The notes under the pieces: generated by a model | The model's input: the letters and a program-made list of their open reading frames with translations, nothing else | Told to the model about the DNA's origin: nothing | Databases searched by the model: none | Shown: positions 28,307 to 37,704 of the stretch, piece by piece | Layout of the letters: the number at the start of each line of letters is the position of its first letter | Position numbering within the stretch: position 1 is the stretch's first letter | Position numbers and translations under genes: made by a program | Assembly: GCA_016207165.1 (NCBI GenBank) | Contig: JACQQD010000008.1 | Location: forward strand, 112,386-176,385 | Direction: 5' to 3' | Length of the DNA: 64,000 nucleotides | Source of the DNA: Candidatus Micrarchaeota archaeon | GTDB lineage: Archaea > Micrarchaeota > Micrarchaeia > Norongarragalinales > Norongarragalinaceae

Positions 28307-28717
28307 ATGAGGGAAGCCTTGCCTTTGATGTGGCGGAACATTGCGGAACGCTATAATTTGATTGGCACGCACTGCGCCACCTGCGGCTCGAATTACTATC
28401 CCCAGCGAAAAGTCTGTCCCAAGTGCCGTCGGAAAGGTCAGCTTGAGGGCCGCGTGTTCCCTGGAAAAGGCGTGATTTTGTCGTCAAGCCAGGTCTTCGT
28501 TTCTCCGAAGGGCTTCGAGCACGAAACGCCGTATTGGCTGGCCGTCGTTGAATTGGACAACCACGCTAAATTGTTGACGCAAGTCGTGGATTCCGCGGAT
28601 GACCAAGTCAAGGCCGGCGCGCGGGTGGAAGTGGTTTTCCGCAAGATCTACGAAGACAGCCACGAGGGAGCCATTGCCTACGGCTACAAATTCAAAGTCG
28701 TGCCCGGCGGCAAGTAG
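28307..28717 (+). CDS. DUF35 OB-fold/zinc-ribbon protein (thiolase-HMGCS complex partner)
   Basis: CATCGSNYYPQRKVCPKC zinc ribbon. Third gene of the conserved archaeal operon. Confidence 0.7.
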   Translation: MREALPLMWRNIAERYNLIGTHCATCGSNYYPQRKVCPKCRRKGQLEGRVFPGKGVILSSSQVFVSPKGFEHETPYWLAVVELDNHAKLLTQVVDSADDQVKAGARVEVVFRKIYEDSHEGAIAYGYKFKVVPGGK

Positions 28718-28739
28718 TTTTTCATTCGGGTGCTTTTGA

Positions 28740-29027
28740 GTGTCGCAGGAACCCCACTTGTACTACTTTTTTGGGAGGGAATGCAGTTGGTGCGAGAAAA
28801 TGCATCCGTTGGTGGATCTTTTTGAACACAAGGAAAACGTGAAATTCGTGCAACTGGAAGTCTGGCACAACACGCAAAACCAGGAGAAACTCAAGGAGTT
28901 CGCCGAAGCGATTCGGCCCGCGTGCGGGGGACGGTTGGCGGTTCCCGCGTTTTACAATTTGGAAACCAGAAAAGCCTTGTGCGGGTACGTGGACTACGAG
29001 GCGTTGAAAAAGTGGGCGTTGGGTTGA
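28740..29027 (+). CDS. Thioredoxin/glutaredoxin-like small protein (CSWC)
   Basis: 95 aa with a CxxC (CSWC) motif near the N-terminus. Confidence 0.45.
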   Translation: MSQEPHLYYFFGRECSWCEKMHPLVDLFEHKENVKFVQLEVWHNTQNQEKLKEFAEAIRPACGGRLAVPAFYNLETRKALCGYVDYEALKKWALG

Positions 29028-29033
29028 ATTGCT

Positions 29034-29471
29034 TCAGCCTTCCACGATGACGGTGCCTTTCACGCCGGAATCAAGTTCTTCAAACGAGTACTCGCCGGGT
29101 TCGGTGAACTGTTTTTCGAATTTTTCTTTGTAATTGAGCGGTTCGGAGAGCTCTTCTTCCAGTGAAATTATTTTTTGCTTTTGGCTGTCGTAATTGATCC
29201 ATTGCACGATGGTTCCTGTTTTGACGGTGGTGGTTTCCGGCGTCAATCCGTTTTCGGAGAGCAGGATTTGCCGGGCCAGGGTTTGCGGGTCCGGCGCGCT
29301 TTCAAGTTCGGAGGGTGGTTGGGCATCCAGGTTTTCTCCGGGGGTTATTTGGTCAACGGTTTGACTGATTCGGTTATCCAAGTCCCGGAACGAGGGCGAG
29401 TCGGAAATGGGTTGCGTCTGGACGCATCCCAGAAGAGCCAAACCCAAAACAAGCAGCATCCATTTCATCAA
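29034..29471 (-). CDS. Secreted protein, possible lipoprotein
   Basis: Signal peptide MMKWMLLVLGLALLGC. Confidence 0.4.
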   Translation of the reverse strand: MMKWMLLVLGLALLGCVQTQPISDSPSFRDLDNRISQTVDQITPGENLDAQPPSELESAPDPQTLARQILLSENGLTPETTTVKTGTIVQWINYDSQKQKIISLEEELSEPLNYKEKFEKQFTEPGEYSFEELDSGVKGTVIVEG

Positions 29472-29477
29472 AAACGC

Positions 29478-30395
29478 TCACCTGGATAACGCTTGCAAGT
29501 CAAGATATTGGTCGTTGACCGTGCACCCTCGGCCGTCCACCCACTTGCAGAAATTGATTCCCAACGCGCCTCCTTGTCCGGTGCTACGGCATTGGGCCTC
29601 CGGAATTTTCTGGCATTGCTTCTCCAGTTGCGCAATGGCGGGATCGTTGTTGCGCACGGTTTCCGGAGTTGCAGCGTATGCGCCGGGGTTGGTGCAACAT
29701 ACTTCTTGGGGCGACTGGCAACTTTGGAATCCGTTGAATGCCTGAGCGATGGCTGGCACGATGTACGCGTCGCTTCCGCCGAATTGGCGAGCCAGTTTCT
29801 TGACTTTCTCTTGGAATTGCCCGTCCCTGACGATGTCCTTGGCTTCCGTCATTTTCCTCCAGCCTGGTTCTTGAGAGGAAGTGGGGCATTGGGTGACGAA
29901 GCACTGCCCGCTTCTGTGTTCCAGCGTTACGTCAACAATGCCGCGGTAGGGCCACGTTTTTGGGTTATTGGAGTCATACAATCGGGGCTCGTAGCCGCGG
30001 TGCGTGATGACGTGGCCTGTGGACAATAGGTTCAGGTCGCCCACGCAAGCCCCTCGGCCTCGAATGGCGGGCGGAGCCGGCTGGGGTTTGGGTGGCGCCC
30101 CTTTCACGGTGACGACTTGGTTGTTCGTGCCCAAAATTTTTCGTTCGTCGTCTTGCTGGTAGGCTACGGTGGTAATAACGAAATATTTGCCTGGAGTTAC
30201 CTGCAAATTCACTTGCTTTGCCGGTGGGCCTCGCTCCGAATATTGTCGTTTATACTCGGCATCCGCAAAATAGGGCACGTTAAACTTGTTGGCCACGGTT
30301 TGGCGGTCGCTGAATCGCTGGACGACGATGTCGATGGTTGGGGCAACCGGGCCGGTGTAGTCGATGCGTGTGGTGACTACAACTATAGTCTCCAC
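29478..30395 (-). CDS. Cys-rich extracellular domain protein. Possibly the C-terminal part of a fusion with 30280..31872 through a frameshift.
   Basis: 305 aa with 10 Cys. Overlaps the upstream ORF by 116 nt in a different frame. The upstream ORF ends in a Pro/Thr-rich linker. Confidence 0.4.
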   Translation of the reverse strand: METIVVVTTRIDYTGPVAPTIDIVVQRFSDRQTVANKFNVPYFADAEYKRQYSERGPPAKQVNLQVTPGKYFVITTVAYQQDDERKILGTNNQVVTVKGAPPKPQPAPPAIRGRGACVGDLNLLSTGHVITHRGYEPRLYDSNNPKTWPYRGIVDVTLEHRSGQCFVTQCPTSSQEPGWRKMTEAKDIVRDGQFQEKVKKLARQFGGSDAYIVPAIAQAFNGFQSCQSPQEVCCTNPGAYAATPETVRNNDPAIAQLEKQCQKIPEAQCRSTGQGGALGINFCKWVDGRGCTVNDQYLDLQALSR

Positions 30396-31872
30396 TGGAT
30401 TTTACGCTAACACTTCGGAGTCGGCCTTCGCCTGGCAGCGACGACGCAGGTTCGGGTTCTTGAGGACCGGAAACCTGAACTTCCTTGGGCGTTTCGGTGG
30501 CCTCTTTGGGCGTTGTGGCCGGCGGCTCCGGCAAGTCCAGGTCCGCGGTTTGGCGGATGGTCAAGACCACGTATTGTTTGGGGATGCGTTCCAGCCATGG
30601 CGCGTCCAAGGGGTTGTCACCGTTTTTGACTTGGTCTTTGTAGGCGGCCGCAATTTGTTCACGGGTGGGCCGGCTGAACATGAATTGGAGGGCGATTTTT
30701 TCCTTGGCTTCTTTTTCGCCAAGCTTAGCGCCGGCGGCCAAGCGGTCGGCGCTGGGAAGCGTCGACGTTTTTCCGTTGGAAAGCGCGACTTGAGAGACGA
30801 TGTCGTTGCCTTGGAACGTGTTTTGCCCGCCGACGTTGAACGAATGGCCCCAAAAGTCCTTGAGCTTGAACCGGATGCCTCCGTCCTGCGAGGCGTCAAT
30901 GATTTCAATGCGGTAACCTTGGCCGAATGTCAACGTCACCGGCGCGTTGGCGATTTGGCTGACGTCCAGCAAGTATTGGGCGGTTTGTTGGGGTTTCACG
31001 TGGTGGGCGACGGCGGCCAGTTCCGGTGCGGCAAAGCGCTTGGGCGTTGGCTGGTAGCCCTTGGATTCGCCGCGGAAGACTTCCGGGTACGCGTCCATGA
31101 ACACGGCGTAGTCGCCGTTGGGCGCGTATTGGAGTTGCGTTCGGCCACTCCACGAGAAAGCGGGCGACGTTCCCGTCGGTCTTCGGAGTCGTCCGGGGTT
31201 GACGCTGCGCCGGATTTCCAGCGAGTCGAAACGCGGAGCGGATCCGGCTATGGACTGGAAAGCGGCTTCGTCGAAAATCACGGGTTTGGCCATGGCCACG
31301 ATTTTGGCGTTGTCGGCTTGGGCGTCAAGCCACCCGCCGCGGACCACGTCCGTGCTGTCGTAGCGGAGCGCAACCGAAGGGATGTGAAACAAAGGGTAGA
31401 ACTGGCCATACGCCTTGGTGACTTCCTGTTTCAGTTGGGCGTCCGTTTTCGCGTTTAGTTCTTTGTCGATTCGCTCGGATTTGACGAAGTCGCTTGGGAA
31501 AGAGAGGGCGGTTTTCGGGGTCTTGGATTGCCAGACGCTGGCGTCGTTGCCGGCGGCACGGATTTCAATGACTACGACGAATTCACTGCTTTTCGGGGAC
31601 GCCAAAGGGGTGGCCTTGATCAGTTCGTCTTTGGATGCGTAGTTTTCCAAGGACAAGTCGGCTTGGATGTTCACGAAGTTTCTTTGTTCCGCCGACGTTT
31701 TTTCAACCAAAACGAATGCGCCATCGGTTTTTTCGACGGCGTCCACCGAATCCAGGGTGTAGGTTCCCCCGTCTGAAAGCGGGTGGAACGAGATGCTGAC
31801 CGGCGCCGCGGATGCGGCGGACGCAAAAAGAATGAGGACGGCCAGGATGTGCCAAGCGGACCGATCGTGCAT
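30280..31872 (-). CDS. Secreted hypothetical protein with C-terminal PT-rich linker
   Basis: Signal peptide MHDRSAWHILAVLILFASAASAAP. 530 aa. Confidence 0.45.
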   Translation of the reverse strand: MHDRSAWHILAVLILFASAASAAPVSISFHPLSDGGTYTLDSVDAVEKTDGAFVLVEKTSAEQRNFVNIQADLSLENYASKDELIKATPLASPKSSEFVVVIEIRAAGNDASVWQSKTPKTALSFPSDFVKSERIDKELNAKTDAQLKQEVTKAYGQFYPLFHIPSVALRYDSTDVVRGGWLDAQADNAKIVAMAKPVIFDEAAFQSIAGSAPRFDSLEIRRSVNPGRLRRPTGTSPAFSWSGRTQLQYAPNGDYAVFMDAYPEVFRGESKGYQPTPKRFAAPELAAVAHHVKPQQTAQYLLDVSQIANAPVTLTFGQGYRIEIIDASQDGGIRFKLKDFWGHSFNVGGQNTFQGNDIVSQVALSNGKTSTLPSADRLAAGAKLGEKEAKEKIALQFMFSRPTREQIAAAYKDQVKNGDNPLDAPWLERIPKQYVVLTIRQTADLDLPEPPATTPKEATETPKEVQVSGPQEPEPASSLPGEGRLRSVSVKSSGDYSCSHHTHRLHRPGCPNHRHRRPAIQRPPNRGQQV

Positions 31873-31996
31873 GGTGTGTTATACGCGTTGAAAGCGCTTA
31901 AAAGGGTTTTGGGGTTTCCAGGTTCCGGCTTCGGAATCTTTTTAACCGCCCGAAGCCTGCTTGTTGTTCGGAAGGCCTTTTTCGGGCGGTTTTTTC

Positions 31997-32830
31997 ATGA
32001 TCGGCATTTACTCGAATTTTGAAGAGTTTTCGAAAGTCGCCGAACAAATGGGCGTCAAGGACGACTTGCGGGCGTTGTTGACGCTGAACCTCATCTTTTT
32101 CGAGCGGTACGAGGATTACTCGATTGTCAGCGTGAGGGATTACTCGGATTCGCCCAACAACATTCTGGTTTTGTCCAAGGACAAGACGGTTTTGTATTCG
32201 GAGAAGCAGATCACGCAACGCGATTTCCGGTTGTTCAAGTACACGGTGCAGAAGACGTACGGCGAGTCCACGGCCTTGACGCTTCTGGTTTTAAAGGAAG
32301 TGTTGCGGTCGTACACGAAGCATTTCGACAAGATCAATGCCGAGATCGACACGTATTCCGGGGTCAAGGACCTCGACAAAATCGAGTTGACCACCGTCAA
32401 CTTGCGTAAACTCACGGTGGACGTGGAGGACTTCCAGAACTTGTTGTATACGTTGGAGGACCGAAAAGTCCGGGAATTCCGCACCGAGTACTTGGAGTAC
32501 GACTACGACTTGGTGTTGGCGCGCACCCAGCACTTGTTGGACCGGTGCCGGAACCACTTGCAGGAACTGCGCGACTTGCGGTCGGAAGTCGAGGTGCGGG
32601 CCACCGCCGACTTGAACCGGAGCATCAAGAGCTTGACGGTGGTCATGATGTTTTTGACCATCATCACCGTGGTGTTGTCGGTTCCCAACACCGTGGCCAC
32701 CGTGTTCGGCGTGCCTCCGATTGCCGCGTTGTACGACCCCCAGACGATTTTGGCCATCGTGGTTTTGTCCATGGTTGTGGCGGCGGCTTGGGGCGTGCAT
32801 TACTGGACGAAAAAAAAGCTGGAGTTGTAG
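31997..32830 (+). CDS. CorA-like divalent cation transporter (2 C-terminal TM)
   Basis: Cytoplasmic N-domain plus two C-terminal TM helices. Canonical GMN motif is not evident (FGVP). Confidence 0.45.
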   Translation: MIGIYSNFEEFSKVAEQMGVKDDLRALLTLNLIFFERYEDYSIVSVRDYSDSPNNILVLSKDKTVLYSEKQITQRDFRLFKYTVQKTYGESTALTLLVLKEVLRSYTKHFDKINAEIDTYSGVKDLDKIELTTVNLRKLTVDVEDFQNLLYTLEDRKVREFRTEYLEYDYDLVLARTQHLLDRCRNHLQELRDLRSEVEVRATADLNRSIKSLTVVMMFLTIITVVLSVPNTVATVFGVPPIAALYDPQTILAIVVLSMVVAAAWGVHYWTKKKLEL

Positions 32831-32834
32831 CCGA

Positions 32835-33260
32835 ATGGAATCCTGGATTGTTTACGCGTTGGTCGCCGTCTTGTTGTTGGGCGTGTCGAACTTCTTGTTT
32901 AAAACAGTGGTCAACGCCGTTGAATCCGAGGACTTGAAGTTGGAGGCCGCGTGGCCGGTTTTGGCCGTTTTTTTTGGGGCGGCATTGCTGGTGGCGTTGG
33001 CTTACGTCTACTTCGTCATCCAGCCGCCCGCGACGCTGCTTTTGTCCGTGGCGGCGTTGGCGGTTCTGTCCATGGTCGCGGTGGGCTTCATCTTTTTGTC
33101 GCTCAAGACGGGCAAGGTGGCGGTGGTCACCGCTTTGCTTGGTTTGAGCGCCGTGGTCGTCGGCGTTTTGTCTTATGCCTTCTTGGGCGACCGGTTTTCG
33201 GCCAAGGAATTGGTGGGAATGGGTTTGGCGTTGGCGGCCGTGTGGGCGCTTGCCGCGTAA
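32835..33260 (+). CDS. Small DMT/EamA-like membrane protein (4 TM)
   Basis: 141 aa, hydrophobic. Internal ATG chosen at 32835. Confidence 0.4.
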   Translation: MESWIVYALVAVLLLGVSNFLFKTVVNAVESEDLKLEAAWPVLAVFFGAALLVALAYVYFVIQPPATLLLSVAALAVLSMVAVGFIFLSLKTGKVAVVTALLGLSAVVVGVLSYAFLGDRFSAKELVGMGLALAAVWALAA

Positions 33261-33267
33261 GGGGCGT

Positions 33268-34389
33268 TCAGTCTTTTTGGAGTTTGAGGACGTCGACTTT
33301 CCTGCCGTTCTCGAATTGGCGGAGTTTTCGGCGCGTGTGTCCGGGGTTGGGGTATCTTTTTTCGAGTTGTTTTCGCCGTTCCTGGAGTTGTCGGACGCGG
33401 TCGTCGCCTAAGGCGTTGGCCCCAATTTCAAGGGCGTTGTGGATTTGCTCCAATTCGTCCAAGTCGAGGTGGACTTCCATGTATTTTTCGTATTCGCGGC
33501 GGTCGTTGGCCAACCGGTTTTGCAGTTCCAGCCACTCGTCTTCTTTCCCTGGTTCCGGGGGCTCGTCGGCCAGCCGCGCCGTGCTTTGTTTGAAATAGGA
33601 GAACAGCCGTTCATGGCGTTCTTCGGGAGTTGCGGGAGCCTTTTGAGTTCGGGATGTCGCGGGAAGCGTTTTTTCAAGGACGTGCCAGACGCGTCCGCCG
33701 GTGGCCCTGGAAAGCATGCGATCGCCCCACAAGCGCAGGGCGTCTTGTTCGGTGCGGGGTCGCTTGGGCTGGGAAACCAATTCGCGCAAGGCGTCCAGCA
33801 TCCGCAGCGTGATGGCCAGTCCCTGGAAGTTCTTCTCGATTTTCTGGCTTTCCTTGTGCAGGTGCTCCATGTTTTCTCGAATCTGTTCTTGGGTCAGCAA
33901 GCCGTCGTCGGGGCGCGGGTGCCGGACTAAATTCTTGGCTTTATAGAACAAGGGGTAGCGTTGCCTGCCGAGTTTTTCGTGCCACCTTCGCCGTACCAGC
34001 GTGCGGGCGGGTAAAAACAGGCCGCTGGCCGCGGAGTAGAAGAACATGTGTTCGGGGTCTCCCACGGCGTGCGAGAAGGCCGCTCCCAAAGCCGAGGCGT
34101 GAAGCACGTCGCTGAGTTTTACGGATTCGGCTTTTCCGGTGTCCGTGGGGATGGGCAGCGGGTTTTCGCCGCGGACGATGGACAGCCGCGTTTCCGGGTT
34201 CGCGACGATGGCTTTCAGCGCCAGGTGGACGTAGTATTCTTGTTCGACGTCGCGGATGCGGCTTTCCACGATTTTTCGGGCCCGATTCGCATCCCAGTCT
34301 TTCAGGCGCAACGCGTATTCCTTGAGCATCTGGTTGGAAATGGTCCGGAAGCGGGAGGGCAAAGGCGAGCGGAAGGGTTTTTCACGCAT
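33268..34389 (-). CDS. Hypothetical protein
   Basis: 373 aa, no recognisable motif. Confidence 0.4.
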   Translation of the reverse strand: MREKPFRSPLPSRFRTISNQMLKEYALRLKDWDANRARKIVESRIRDVEQEYYVHLALKAIVANPETRLSIVRGENPLPIPTDTGKAESVKLSDVLHASALGAAFSHAVGDPEHMFFYSAASGLFLPARTLVRRRWHEKLGRQRYPLFYKAKNLVRHPRPDDGLLTQEQIRENMEHLHKESQKIEKNFQGLAITLRMLDALRELVSQPKRPRTEQDALRLWGDRMLSRATGGRVWHVLEKTLPATSRTQKAPATPEERHERLFSYFKQSTARLADEPPEPGKEDEWLELQNRLANDRREYEKYMEVHLDLDELEQIHNALEIGANALGDDRVRQLQERRKQLEKRYPNPGHTRRKLRQFENGRKVDVLKLQKD

Positions 34390-34542
34390 ATGGCTTTCCT
34401 GGTGTTCCCTCCAATATTAGGCTTTTTTCTGGGGTCAAACCCAAGAAATAAAAGCCACCGCGGCAAAAATTTTTTCACGTTTCTTGGGCGGTGAAGCCGT
34501 TTATTGGTACGCGGCCCAATTGGTTTTCGAGGGATTTACTTT

Positions 34543-35493
34543 ATGGACTTTGATTTTGACGTGTTGATTGTCGGCGCGGGCGCCGCGGGCTTGACGGCGG
34601 CTTTGTACACGTGCCGGAAAAACCTCAAGACGGCCATCGTCTCCATTGACGTGGGGGGGCAGACGAATTTGACGTCCAACATCGAGAACTATCCTGGGGT
34701 TGAACCCATGCATGGCGCGGTTTTGATGCAGAAGTTCCTCAAGCAAGCGCAGGGCGTGGGCGCCCAACTGATTTCCGGCAAAGTCGGCAGGATTGAAAAA
34801 ATCGAGAACGGTTTTCGCGTCAACCTCAAGGACGGCCAAGCGTTTACGTCCAAATGCGTGCTGTTGGCTTTTGGCAAAGTCCCGCGCACCCTGGGCATTC
34901 CTGGGGAGGACCACTTTTTTGGGAAAGGCGTGTCGACTTGCGTCACGTGCGACGGGCCCCTGTTTCGGGGTAAGGACGTCGTGGTGGTGGGCGGCGGCAA
35001 TTCCGCCATTGAAGGCGCTTTGGAACTGGCGGAAATCGCGAACAAGGTTTATTTGGTGCACCGCCGGGACGCGTTTAGGGCGGACGAAATCACGGTGCAG
35101 AAGCTGAAGTCCCACAAGAACATGGAGTTGGTCTTGAATTCGGCGGCGGTGGAAGTCAGAGGCCAAAAATTCATTGACACGGTGGTCGTTCAAGACGTCA
35201 ACACCAAGGCCACGCGCGACTTGGCCGTCAAAGGCATGTTTTTGGAGATTGGCTTCATCATGGACATTTCCATGCTGGAGGGGTTGAACGTGAACGTCAA
35301 CGCCAAGAAGGAGATCTTATCGGATTCCGTGACGTGCCACACCAACGTTCCTGGATTGTTTGCCGCCGGGGACTGCACGGCGATTCCTTTCAAGCAGACC
35401 GTCATTTCGGCGGGCGAGGGCGCCAAGGCGGCGTTGGAAATCCATCGTCACATGACTGGAGCGAAAGGCATTGCCCTGGATTGGGACCATTAA
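34543..35493 (+). CDS. trxB: Thioredoxin-disulfide reductase
   Basis: FAD motif VLIVGAGAAGLTAALY, CVTC redox-active disulfide, and NAD(P) motif VVVGGGNSA. Confidence 0.8.
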   Translation: MDFDFDVLIVGAGAAGLTAALYTCRKNLKTAIVSIDVGGQTNLTSNIENYPGVEPMHGAVLMQKFLKQAQGVGAQLISGKVGRIEKIENGFRVNLKDGQAFTSKCVLLAFGKVPRTLGIPGEDHFFGKGVSTCVTCDGPLFRGKDVVVVGGGNSAIEGALELAEIANKVYLVHRRDAFRADEITVQKLKSHKNMELVLNSAAVEVRGQKFIDTVVVQDVNTKATRDLAVKGMFLEIGFIMDISMLEGLNVNVNAKKEILSDSVTCHTNVPGLFAAGDCTAIPFKQTVISAGEGAKAALEIHRHMTGAKGIALDWDH

Positions 35494-37310
35494 GCGGCTT
35501 CGTGGTGCAGGGCTTTTGGCAGTAAAAGCGTCAGGGCGGCGTCTTTTCCGTGATCCAGTTCCCGTGCCATGTGTTCCAACACCGTTCGCGGGTCGTCCTT
35601 ATCGGTACGGAGGTTTCGCCAGTGCCGGCGCCAGCCTTTACCCAGTTTGAGTTGGACGGCGTTTTCCTGCAGTTCTTGCGCGGTCAGGTTGACGCCGGAA
35701 CGCCTTGTCAATTCTGTTGCCAGAAATTCGTAGGCCTGTTCCCTGCTTTGGGGGAGCTTGGGCACCGGTAAACTTGCCGCTTTAGCTCCGGCGAGGTCCT
35801 TGTACTGGCTTTGCAGGCGCTCCCGTTCGCTCTGACCGGAAATGCCGAGGCTGTACAGCAGCTTGTTGAGGTTGTGCCATGTATCGGCTTTTGCGCCGGG
35901 ACCCTTGGGCGGTTTTCTCACCCGGTTTCCAAGAGAGTCAATCCACCAGTCTTTGTCTTCGAGGATCAGGTTGCCGGTGTTGTTGACCACGGCTTTGGCG
36001 ACGTGTTGCGCAAAGCCGTCCAGTCTGTCTTGGGTGAAGTGGGGGTCCACCTGGGCTTTGCGGCGAAGCAATAGTTCGGTGACTTTGATGAAGTCGTAGC
36101 CGGCGTTGGGGTGGTGTTCATGGACTTGGGCAAGCGGGACGCCCAATTCGGCGGCCACGGCTTTTTGGGCGGCGGCTTGGAACGCGTTGGTGGGCGGCGC
36201 TGGCGTTTTTGCGGGGGCCGGGCCGGGCGTCAACGTGATTTGAGGCGGCTTGCCGCCGGTGGTGTGCGTGAACAGTGGCGTCGGGGCTTCAGCCCCGGTC
36301 GCGACTGCGGCTGGCGTGGGCTTGGCAAAAGATTGTTCGATTTGGTCCGCGATGAAGCCAGGGGTTTTCAGCGCACCCAGCATGATGACGGCGCCGATGG
36401 CGGCGGCTTTGGCTCGTTCTTTCCAGAGAAACGGCGCCGGTTTTTCCGCGAAGCGTCGCATGGCTGTGTGTTTGTCTTTTCGGCGCAAAAGCTTGAGTTC
36501 CTCGATGCCGTGGAGCATCTGGCGCGGGGTGGCGGTGGCTTTGGAAAGGATGTCGTTCGTCATTTGGGCAGGAAAGTGCGAGAGCATGTATTCCCTCACC
36601 AAAAACTCGTTCACGTCGCCTTGGACGCGCCGCAGTTCTTGTTTGTACTCGTCCAAGGCGGCGCCTTTGACTTCAGGACTCCAGTTCGGCTCGGCGCGTA
36701 TGGCGTGGCTCAGCTTGTTTTGTGCGGTGTCGCCTTGCTCGGCGGCTTTCAGGTGTCCTTGAGCGACGTGGAGTTGTTGTTCCAGGAGGCGTTTCATCTC
36801 GTCGGGATGAACGTCGCTGGGTAATCTCCATTCCCGGTTGCCTACGCGGATGAAGTTGCCTCCCAGAAGCACTAGCGGGTCTTTTCTTCCGCTGATTCTC
36901 CTCTGGCGCTCCATGAAGGCGCTGAGCCTTGCCAGAAATCCGCGGAACATGAAGTTCGGTCCCAAGTCTCGGAATTGGTGCTGCAAGCGATTTTCGATGT
37001 CGGCGTCAACTTTTTCTTGGAGCTCAGCTTCAAGCGCTCGCGTTTTTTCCTCGAATTCCAGGAGTTTCGGGTTGGTGCGCCGCAATGCGTTTTCATGTTC
37101 TCTTTCGACCGCCGGCGCGTACCCGTCGCCCAGCATGGTTTGAACCCGGGTTTGGATTTCTTCGTGAAGGGCGCGTTCTTCGTGGGCGCTCAGCCGTGTT
37201 TTGATGCCTAAGACGGCGGGAGTCCACGTCTGCTCTCCCGCCCATCGCATGAGTTTCCTAGCGTGGTTTCGGAATGCTTCCAGGAACGTCATTTTTTCTT
37301 CCTCGGCCAC
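35490..37310 (-). CDS. Hypothetical bitopic membrane protein (606 aa). Cytoplasmic coiled-coil N-domain, one TM, Pro/Ala-rich linker, extracytoplasmic C-domain.
   Basis: TM AAAIGAVIMLGALK. Linker PTPAAVATGAEAPTP..PAPAKTPAPP. Confidence 0.45.
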   Translation of the reverse strand: MAEEEKMTFLEAFRNHARKLMRWAGEQTWTPAVLGIKTRLSAHEERALHEEIQTRVQTMLGDGYAPAVEREHENALRRTNPKLLEFEEKTRALEAELQEKVDADIENRLQHQFRDLGPNFMFRGFLARLSAFMERQRRISGRKDPLVLLGGNFIRVGNREWRLPSDVHPDEMKRLLEQQLHVAQGHLKAAEQGDTAQNKLSHAIRAEPNWSPEVKGAALDEYKQELRRVQGDVNEFLVREYMLSHFPAQMTNDILSKATATPRQMLHGIEELKLLRRKDKHTAMRRFAEKPAPFLWKERAKAAAIGAVIMLGALKTPGFIADQIEQSFAKPTPAAVATGAEAPTPLFTHTTGGKPPQITLTPGPAPAKTPAPPTNAFQAAAQKAVAAELGVPLAQVHEHHPNAGYDFIKVTELLLRRKAQVDPHFTQDRLDGFAQHVAKAVVNNTGNLILEDKDWWIDSLGNRVRKPPKGPGAKADTWHNLNKLLYSLGISGQSERERLQSQYKDLAGAKAASLPVPKLPQSREQAYEFLATELTRRSGVNLTAQELQENAVQLKLGKGWRRHWRNLRTDKDDPRTVLEHMARELDHGKDAALTLLLPKALHHEAA

Positions 37311-37606
37311 CGGCTAGCGATTTCATCGGATTGGGCAATCAATTGCCTGACTTCGTTTTGGAGTCTTATCACTTCCTTTTCTTGCTCTACTTGGGCCTGG
37401 ACACTCGTTTTTGCCAACTCCATCATGCGGCGGATTTCAAGGCCTGTATGGTCGTTTCCCGCTTGTTTGCGGATGTCTTGGCACACGGCTTCTGCGATTT
37501 GTCGAGCCGTTTCAGGATGGATGTGGTGTCTTTCGGGCAATTTTTTCTCGAGGAATGCCTGCAGGCCCGTCAGGCTTGCTTCCAACCGTTGCCTCGTTGT
37601 TTCCAT
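37289..37606 (-). CDS. Small coiled-coil protein (105 aa)
   Basis: Charged heptad-like sequence. Overlaps the downstream 606-aa gene. Confidence 0.4.
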   Translation of the reverse strand: METTRQRLEASLTGLQAFLEKKLPERHHIHPETARQIAEAVCQDIRKQAGNDHTGLEIRRMMELAKTSVQAQVEQEKEVIRLQNEVRQLIAQSDEIASRWPRKKK

Positions 37607-37630
37607 GATAGCAGATATTTAGGGAAACGA

Positions 37631-37689
37631 CTTTTTTATAGCAATCCCCGACTATTTTGTCGGGTCACTTTCTTGGTTTGCTGTATTGA
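37631..37689 (-). promoter_or_regulatory. Promoter region of the 105-aa/606-aa operon: motif 3, motif 2 and a GCTATAAAAAA box
   Basis: Motif 3 ACTTTCTTGGTTTGCTGTATTGA at 37667-37689 is identical to 15807-15829. Motif 2 cccgactattttgtcggg at 37647-37664. TATA-like box ~30 nt before the ATG at 37606. Confidence 0.5.
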
Positions 37690-37704
37690 CTTTCGTTTTT
37701 TTCC

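Noticed and set aside
29034-29471. Cupredoxin assignment for the 145-aa secreted protein
   Set aside because: The protein is beta-rich, but copper ligands (His/Cys/Met in the right spacing) are absent.
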